From NCBI GenBank assembly GCA_013265495.1, contig MU058844.1, forward strand, positions 10,252,184 through 10,316,183: a DNA stretch of 64,000 nucleotides, read 5' to 3'. The notes below the pieces were generated by a model, which was given only the letters and a program-made list of their open reading frames with translations, searched no databases and was not told where the DNA came from. Source of the DNA: Vicugna vicugna. Its lineage: Eukaryota. The position numbers and the translations under genes were made by a program. Of the stretch, positions 55,691 through 64,000 are shown piece by piece; within the stretch, counting starts at the first letter, position 1; each line of letters opens with the position of its first letter.

Positions 55691-55807
55691 TATGATTTCA
55701 TTGCTCCTATCATGCCTGTGGTGGAATCAGTAGATCCTGCATCATGGAGGCAGGGCTTGCGCAAAACTGGCATTGTTCTTGTGCCCAGTAAGGGTGAAAA
55801 ATCTATG
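55691..55807 (+). CDS. PPP1R12A: Putative alternative cassette exon between exons 9 and 10 (117 nt, 39 aa), paralogous to exon 10
   Basis: pyrimidine-rich tract then ctttag acceptor, ATG|gtgagg donor, phase 0-0, no stops; YDFIAPIMPVVESVDPASWRQGLRKTGIVLVPSKGEKSM shares PASWRxGLRKTG with exon 10. Confidence 0.8.
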
Positions 55808-56187
55808 GTGAGGCATTTCTATGTGCAAGGATTTATATTAGGTTACAACGTAACAAGTTTAATATGAACATTGGTTCCAAAGATGCATGGTTTTAAGTCA
55901 TTATGGTGTGCTCATTTCTGTTCTCTGTATTTGCATCATAATTTTTCTGTGTGATACAAAGTGTGGAGTGTGTTTTCTTAACTCTAACATCTGGGAAGGT
56001 AGTATTTCCTTCTTCAGTTTTAGATCTTTACATTTTGACTAAGACATTAACCTACTTAGTTAAAATTGTTTCTCCTGAAACTATTAACTATTTTAGACAT
56101 ATTATCTGTGAACTTGTTACTTCCAGCTTAAGGACTGATCAGTCTTGATAATTTTCTTTTCCTTTTTCTTAAAAATAAAATAAAAAG

Positions 56188-56403
56188 TTTCCAACTTCAG
56201 CTACAAAAATTTCTCCCAAAGAAGAAGAGCGAAAAGATGAATCTCCCGCATCTTGGAGGTTAGGGCTTAGAAAGACTGGCAGTTATGGTGCACTCGCAGA
56301 AATTACAGCATCTAAAGAGGCTCAGAAAGAAAAAGACACTGCAGGTGTTATGCGTTCAGCTTCAAGTCCCAGACTTTCCTCCTCTTTGGATAATAAAGAA
56401 AAG
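56188..56403 (+). CDS. PPP1R12A: MYPT1 coding exon 10 (216 nt), S445/S472/S473 phosphosite region
   Basis: A-rich aaaaag acceptor, AAG|gtaatc donor; FPTSATKISPKEEERKDESPASWRLGLRKTGSYGALAEITASKEAQKEKDTAGVMRSASSPRLSSSLDNKEK. Confidence 0.94.
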
Positions 56404-57616
56404 GTAATCTATTTCACAATTTGTTTTCTATAAAAACTCATAATTTGCTCTCTATGAATATCAAATCTGTTGGATTTTCTACTATGCATCGTTATATCAA
56501 CTTAATTCACCTTACTTAATGAATTACATGATAATATAAATGTACCTGTCTATATGGAATTAAAAGTGTTGGGAAGATCAGATATATCTGCCCAAAACAT
56601 AAATTACCAGATTATACTCAATAGAGCAATTCTTTATTCTGTTTGAGAATTTATAATAAAATGCAGTAAGAAGCAAGCTTATTTATTAAGAAAGGTTTCT
56701 GGAGTTCAAGAGCACATTTATTCTAGAATGTGATTATACTCAGGCTGCATTTATCCAGTATGTGCGATTTCTTTACCTGCTTTTTTATCTGATACATCAC
56801 AGCTTTCTTGTTCTTAGTAGTTTTAAGGCAGTACTAAAATTGTATGAAATAGAATGCACCACGGTTCATTCAGTGCTATTTTATATGACAGGATTATTTT
56901 CTACTGCATTTTTAGTGCTTGGACATTTTTTTCCATATGGTTTTCTTGCTCTATACAGGAATCATGTATCAGAAATTCAGAAATGTAATTTCTCATTAAG
57001 TAATTTTAATTTTTTAATTTTGTATAAATTTATTGCCTAGTTGTTTCCCAAATATTTGATACCAGTGTAATGAGAATGTAACAGGTGCCATTGTCACTAC
57101 TCTCTCAACCAGATTTGGATAAATATAATTTAAATAATTTGTTTTGAATATTTTAATGTTATTTTAAAGCATAGACTATCAAGATAGTAAATAACTTGTA
57201 TAATATAAATAATTGGGACCTGTTGGTGAATCATATTTGAGACCTTATTTCTTTGAAAGAAATAAGGATATTTTATCTTACAATACTGCATTACTGTGAA
57301 TATTCTGTTATAAACATTTTAGAAAAAGTCATTAAAATGTGGAGGAGTGTTTCTTATGTTAAAATTACCTAATTCTGGATTAGAGAAAGAAAAGAAAATT
57401 AGTTTGAACAGGCTGTCATTTAGTGCTTTTAGTACTTGAATATTGATAGACATCAGTTTTAGAGTTTAACTAGGAATTAGGGAAATATAATCAAGTAAAC
57501 TGTAGTGGCTGTGCAATAATACATTGTTGAATGTGCTTTCCATATACTCTCCTTTTAGTAGCACCTGTAATCATCACACAGGTTTATTTTCACTCATTTT
57601 CCCCCCTTTTGTGTAG

Positions 57617-57711
57617 GAGAAAGATAGTAAAGGAGCTAGGCTTGCATACGTGGCACCTACAATACCAAGACGACTAGCCAGTACGTCTGACGCTGAAGAG
57701 AAGGAAAACAG
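57617..57711 (+). CDS. PPP1R12A: MYPT1 coding exon 11 (95 nt)
   Basis: gtgtag acceptor, AG|gtggac donor; EKDSKGARLAYVAPTIPRRLASTSDAEEKENR. Confidence 0.95.
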
Positions 57712-58554
57712 GTGGACTCATTATGATTTGCTTTGTTTTTACTATAAAGTCTTTACTAACTAGCTTGAGAGTTAAAACATGAGCATTGTTGTAATTATGT
57801 GGGCTGTGGATTTCAGGAAGAGATGGAGGGTCTTCCTAGTAGGGAGAACACCCAGTCCATGGTCCTCAGGAGGTGCAGGCTTGGTATGTTCATGAAATAG
57901 CAGGGAAAAAAAAAAAAGGCATTGTGGTTGAAACAGAGTGAGGGGACAGTGGTGAAAGATTAGGTCACAAACTAGTACATGCTTTCTAAGTATTTGTAAA
58001 ATAATAGAAAAGGAGAAAAAGCCCTTACTTAATCACTGTCAGCGTTTTAGTTTGAATCTTCTTATTTTTCATCACATAAGAGTGTGAGAACTTTTTTAAT
58101 ATCGTTATAATCATGTTATGTTCAATTTTTGGTCTTGATTTTTTCTTTCACCTAAGATCTCATGAGCAATCTTTTATAATTAGTATGTATTTTCAGCAAG
58201 CACTGTTATTCATCAGTACATAGTCTTCCATAGAGTAAATCTGCTGAGGTTAAAGTAACCATTTCCCCTCCCCAGCTATGGACATTTAAATTGTCTAGTA
58301 TTTTGTGATCATAAATAAAACATCTGTAGACATTTTAATTCTCCCCCCCCCCCACCTATAGGATTATACCTTAGGGATAGAGTCTTAGAACTGGAGTTAC
58401 TTGGACTTCTTAATAAATATTCCAAAGTGTTTTTCCAAGGGATTTTACTGGTTTCTACTTCTACTAATATTTATTGATATTCACCTCTTTTTACCTCTAT
58501 TTTAAAGTTATTTTAAAATTATCTACCAGAATCTGAAGGATATTCTTTTCACAG

Positions 58555-58659
58555 AGATTCTTCAAGTTTGCGAACAAGTAGTTCATACACAAGAAGAAAA
58601 TGGGAAGATGATCTTAAAAAGAATAGTTCAATTAATGAAGGATCAACTTATCATAAAAG
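58555..58659 (+). CDS. PPP1R12A: MYPT1 coding exon 12 (105 nt)
   Basis: tcacag acceptor, AG|gtaata donor; DSSSLRTSSSYTRRKWEDDLKKNSSINEGSTYHK. Confidence 0.95.
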
Positions 58660-59572
58660 GTAATATAATTCTCAAGCAATTTTTATGTTTTCTTTTATAA
58701 AAAATATAAGGCAATTTGTTTGGAGCCCTCAATTTAATGTAATATAAAGATACATGCTTTTATTAAATACTTCTTTTGTTGTTTAAATAAAACTTCATTT
58801 AAAGACAATGTATATATTTAAAGACGAGTGAAAATTTGCTCCTACTCATGCCTTCCTATTATTCATTTTTAATTAAGTTTGATATACTGTGAAGAATCTT
58901 TTAGATTATAGTATATTAAAAAGAAACTTCTATATACTTATGTATATATGTATGTCAATTATATAATTGACTAGAGCAATTGAAATATATTAGTGACTTC
59001 ATTGATCTCATTTCGTGACCTGGAGAGTTTCCACTTGTTTTAGAACTCAGAGCCAATGGAAATGCCTTAAGTTGGAATGTTAATAATGTCTTGCGGGGGG
59101 ACTATGCATTATTTTCTCTGCTAAAAACAACCAAAAAGAAGGATAAAAGATGAACAAGTACAGGCATGGTTCGCTCCTAGGGATGTGACCCATTGCTGAA
59201 ACAATTTTCTTTAAAAATGTTAAAATCTTAACTTCCCTGAATAAAACCAAACCAAAATGATTTTTTCTCAGACCCAGCCTGGTGTTACCATATGGTCTGG
59301 AACAGTTCCAGAAAAATAAACTATCAGATCATCTTTGAATCTTGTTGGGGAGAAGGGTGGGATATGCAGTAAAATGATACACTGCCAAATTAGTGAAATT
59401 ATCTAGACTCTAGCAAGTTGTAGGTGCAACTCTTGGTGCTGGAGCCGGTGGTGTATGTAGGAACACAGTCTTTTAGATTTTCCCTAGCTTTGTGGATTTG
59501 TACAATGTATAGACATTAAGTATAGAATACACATACAGACATATCCTATATAGATATGACTCTTTCCTTTAG

Positions 59573-59740
59573 TTGCTCCTTTGGTAGAAGACAAGATGAT
59601 TTGATTAGTTCTAGTGTTCCAAGCACCACATCAACACCAACAGTTACCTCTGCAGCTGGGCTTCAGAAAAGCCTGCTTTCCAGCACAAGCACTACTACAA
59701 AGATTACAACGGGTTCTTCTTCAACAGGCACACAAAGCAG
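59573..59740 (+). CDS. PPP1R12A: MYPT1 coding exon 13 (168 nt), central insert
   Basis: ctttag acceptor, AG|gtgagt donor; CSFGRRQDDLISSSVPSTTSTPTVTSAAGLQKSLLSSTSTTTKITTGSSSTGTQS (inside ORF 59556..59744). Confidence 0.95.
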
Positions 59741-60135
59741 GTGAGTCACAGATACATTTGTGTTTAGGCCTCCTGTGTGCTTATGTACGTGCATGCATTT
59801 TTGTTTAGAAGATTGTGGGGCTCTGGATTTTTTCATTGACCTTATTAAAATTATTTACAAACAAAAATTGATTCCAAAAAAAGGCAATTATGCATGTTTG
59901 GGGAAAAATTAAGTTCCTGAATTATGAACTTTTCCTTGAATTAGGCTGCTTAAAATGTAAATTTCTCTCTTTGACAGCTCTGGGTGAACTTTTTTGGTTC
60001 ATAGTTGAAAGATGTCTCACCTTGTTTTTTAAAAAAATCCATCCCTATAGTCACATGTTTTCAGCTGCTAGAAAGTGCTTTCATTGTTTAGCTGTTTTCC
60101 TTTTCTCTTTTTGTGTTGCCGCTTATGTGCTATAG

Positions 60136-60312
60136 TACCTCAAATCGTTTGTGGGCTGAGGATAGTACTGAAAAAGAAAAGGACAGTGTTCCTACGGCAG
60201 TGACCATTCCTGTTGCTCCAACTGTTGTAAATGCTGCAGCCTCTACTACAACCCTGACTACAACTACTGCCGGCACTGTCTCCTCCACTTCAGAGGTCAG
60301 GGAGAGACGCAG
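60136..60312 (+). CDS. PPP1R12A: MYPT1 coding exon 14 (177 nt), central insert region
   Basis: ctatag acceptor, AG|gtgtgt donor; TSNRLWAEDSTEKEKDSVPTAVTIPVAPTVVNAAASTTTLTTTTAGTVSSTSEVRERR (inside ORF 60113..60358). Confidence 0.95.
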
Positions 60313-63300
60313 GTGTGTACAGGTCCTGACGGGACTGCTCATGTATCTTCCCCAGTGATGAAAGTTGTTTGTTTTGTTTTCTGATCTTGTGAAGATGGTG
60401 GTCCTCTCTTCAGTAGGTTAATGCATAAGACAACCTATATCAGCTCAGAACTATGTAAATTGATGTAATTAGCAACATTAGCATTTAGGCTTAGGCCTCT
60501 GACACAATCGGTGTTCTTGTTTAAAGGCAGTGAGCCAGACAGTTGTCTTCTTACTTAGCCATCTTAGTATTTTTAATGGTGGTTTTAATTCAAAACATTT
60601 TTGTAGTGAAGATCTAAATACATACAGTCACACTCATGGAAAATTAGATGTGACATGACAAAAACAGGTTTTTTTGTTCTTCCCATTATTCCTCCTCACC
60701 ACCGTTCTATTTATTAAGAAATTTAATGGATGTTTAACAGTTTTTGTTATTGTTACTTTGGGGAATTTTGTTTTAAGATTCTCTTGTTATAGAATGGCTT
60801 CTTATACATCTGTGTAAACCAAATAATTCTAAGTATGTTGAATACCTTCACTTTGTTTTAATTCTGGTACATAGAAAACACTCATTAATGAAGATTTTTA
60901 AGGGGCTGTGAATTTATTTTGTGTGCTTAAATGTATTTATGAGCATTGCTCTTCCTGCTGCAGCCAGTTGGTATGGAATCATAGATGTGGAAAGGAATTT
61001 ACCTATTACCTCTTGTGATATCCTTGCTTTACAGAAGGAAACTGAAACCTAGAGATATTAAGTGACTTTTCCACTTTTATATGGTTAAATGTGAGAGCTA
61101 AGGCTAGGCCCAAGATTATAGGAGAATCAGTCCAAAATTCTATCTGCTATAATCCCTAGCTTTAAATTTGGTTTTCCCTCTTGAGAAAGGAGAACATCTT
61201 AGAAAAGTAAATGTAGCCTTTTTTTATATTTTATTCTTGGCAAAATTAGCTACGTAACTGATATTTTCCTTAATTAAAATACTAACCAGAGTAACTTTGT
61301 TTTATTTCTGGTACATAGTGTTCATACATAGACAGTTTTATACAGCTTTTGTCTCTGGTCCCTAGCAAAGCACATGGCTTGTACTAAGTAGTAGCATTCT
61401 TTACAGCAGTATTTGTGGTGAATATACGGAAAGTAACAAAACATTAAATTAAAAAAATTTTTTTAATTTAAAAAAAGTCTTTCCTGTCATTGCATCTTTA
61501 GTTTCTGTCACTATATTTATGGTGCATATCTGTTTTTACAGTGAAATTTAATGATACGTCTGTAACATAAGCAGTTAACATCTTGTGATTTGAATACCGG
61601 TATAGGTCATATATTTTCATTATTCTTGCTTTATTTTTCTCTTAAGTTCAGTCAGTTTTAGATTTGAGGGTATTTTCAGTGAGACTACACAGCCAGCAGA
61701 AATGAGAGAATCAGAGGCATCCATTATTCTTTTCTCATGAAAATGAATTTGAGGACTTTGTGTTTTGTTGGAAGGTGGGGAATCAAAGGGGAAAAGGGCC
61801 AGGAGTTCTTGGTTTTTACTCCTTGCTTTGCCTTAATCCTAAAGTTAGAGTTCTCTGCGGGTCAGAATTTCTTCTTCTGTAAAATAAGGTGTTTGATTTA
61901 TATAACTTGTAACTTCTAGGATCCTTTCTATCTCTAGCATTCCATACCTGTTAAAAATTTTCCAATGACAATTAAAGCCTAATGACAATCTCCCCAGAAT
62001 CATCAGTTATTTCAGAACAAATTATGATTCTTAACCTCATATTTCTTTATTTGTTAGTACTGTTGAAAAGAGTTGAGTTTCAATTTTATAGAATTAATCC
62101 TGGGAGACATTAAAGATTGAGAATTAAATATTTGGTGATATTGTTAGGACAGAGCAGATTCTAGTAGCATAATGTCTATTAACATTTTTCCTGGTCTACA
62201 TTACAGAAATTTTGTCTTATTTCAATGATGTTTGCAATAATGTTTGTGTTTTGTTTCATGTCAAATAATTGTTTGCAATTTTGGCCTCTTCTGTTTGTCT
62301 TTTAATTAAATTTCATTAATGGTTTCAAAGTGTATATAGTTGAAAATTTGACCCTAAAATGTATTTATGATGATTTAAGAATATATTGTGACTGGATAAG
62401 GTATTTATATATTTATGCCATTTATTGATACCCTTGCATATGGATATTTAGATATTATGTAAAGTTACCATGCACAGTATTAAGTTCCACAGTATTCTTT
62501 TAATTTTCCATTTTTTATTGATCAGAATGAGCCAAGGATTTTCTGTTTTGATCAGTTAAGATTTCCAGCGGATTAATTGGAGGGAGGGGGCACTGGGGAA
62601 GTAGGGAGGAGAAGCTAGCTTTACATAGATGGCATATGATGGCAAATTCTTTCATTGTTTAAGTATTTCTAATTCTCTGTAGTTTTTTCAAACTGCAAAA
62701 CAGTACCTTACTAATAACTTCAAATTTGTAATATGAATTCACATGGAACTCTTGGTTTAGAATAACTACTCTCTTCTACCATTTTCCTTTGGCTCAGGCA
62801 GCTTCCATTTGCCCATTTATTTTCCCTCTGGAAGGAAAAAGGCTGAGCGAGAAACGGGTTTGGTATTCAGTTTTTCAGAGATGTAATTTAGTGACTTACC
62901 AGAATCTAAATATTATGAATATTTCAGCCAATAGATGTCAGTGATGTAAAAAATATATAGAGTAATTCCTTCTACTGGGGAAGACCCCTTAACTTTAAAA
63001 TAACCTTTGGGTTGTTCAGAAAATAGTGAGCAATCTAAGACTAATAAGTAAAATTATATGCCCTTTGTCTTTGTAAGAAAGAGATCCAGTATGACAGTTT
63101 GATACAGTAATGATTAAGGCAGCAATGGAATTTAGTATATCCTACCGTCTTTTTGATGAAGAGTTCTTTAGAATTAAAAACATTAAGAATTTGAATTATT
63201 TTTCTCCTCTACATTCTATTCTTAGCAGTCTGTTCTGTGTAGACACCCCAAGGGAAGAGAAAGGAACTGAGTATCAGATGGGGACTATCAAATATAAGAA

Positions 63301-64000
63301 ATATATTGTGCATTACAAATTGATAGGCCAGGTTTTTATGCTAGTTTGGGGCAAATACTTGTTTGGAAATTCTAAATGAACAGATTTTACAAGTCTTTCA
63401 GCTAGTAAGTTTTATGCCCTCACTTGCATATATTAAACCAGTTATGATAAATAGATGTATTAACTTTTGTGACAGCTTGAAACTATTGAAAAAGAATCTA
63501 GGCTTCTTGGAAGAGAGTGTGATGGTTGATTAGTGCCATTTGCCATGGAGGTAAAAGAGTATAGTGGCAATGCGAATTTCCCTGTTTTAAACTAAATATG
63601 AAAACTTAGACCATACATAATGGGAATCAAAATTCAATAGTTTATGTCCATGGTTACTTTCAGAGCAGCTCATGAAATGCTGTAGTGATACATGCAGCCA
63701 TCTGGACTGCTATAAACTTTTGTTTAACCAGATATGCTATCACATTTAGGTCTTATTTCTTCTTATTATTTTTTTTCCCTCATCATCTGGTGGAAGTCCA
63801 AAGGCAGTGAATTGCATAGGACCAGTAAGTGCATAAATAAATGTTAAATGAATGGATGGAAAAAAATAGCCATTGGACCATATTTTCCAAGCTGATATTT
63901 CACAGAGGACTTTTCCACATTTAATAGGTATACCACAAAAGAAAAGAAAAAATATTTCTAATTTAAATGATCTAGGAAAATGCTGAGTTAAACACCATTA

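Noticed and set aside
60130..60342. Antisense Val/Thr-rich ORF
   Set aside because: Mirror frame of exon 14 codon bias
60313..60358. Read-through of exon 14 (CVQVLTGLLMYLPQ-stop), and similarly of exon 9, as alternative last exons
   Set aside because: Short open stretches after a donor are common and I saw no nearby convincing poly(A) signal; needs transcript data

Overview
AT-rich mammalian genomic DNA lying entirely inside one plus-strand gene, PPP1R12A (MYPT1, myosin phosphatase target subunit 1). Thirteen canonical GT-AG coding exons (exons 2-14 by human numbering, 1763 nt, about residues 80-667) join in one open frame. They cover the ankyrin repeats, the acidic stretch, the S445/S472/S473 regulatory segment and the Ser/Thr-rich central insert. 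Exon 1 and exons 15 onward lie outside the window. The introns contain old eutherian repeats (MIR, L2, L1M, MaLR LTRs, Tigger and Charlie DNA transposons), a tRNA-Ala-derived SINE suggesting a camelid genome, and younger L1 3' ends. A 929-nt assembly gap lies at 17902-18830. The best find is an extra 117-nt in-frame cassette exon (55691-55807) between exons 9 and 10, missed by the ORF track. It is a diverged duplicate of part of exon 10: it keeps PASWRxGLRKTG through synonymous changes but has Ile where exon 10 has phospho-Ser445. I found no evidence for a new multi-gene system, and most ORF-track entries are chance intronic ORFs. Exon numbers, residue numbers and repeat family names come from recall, not from a database search.
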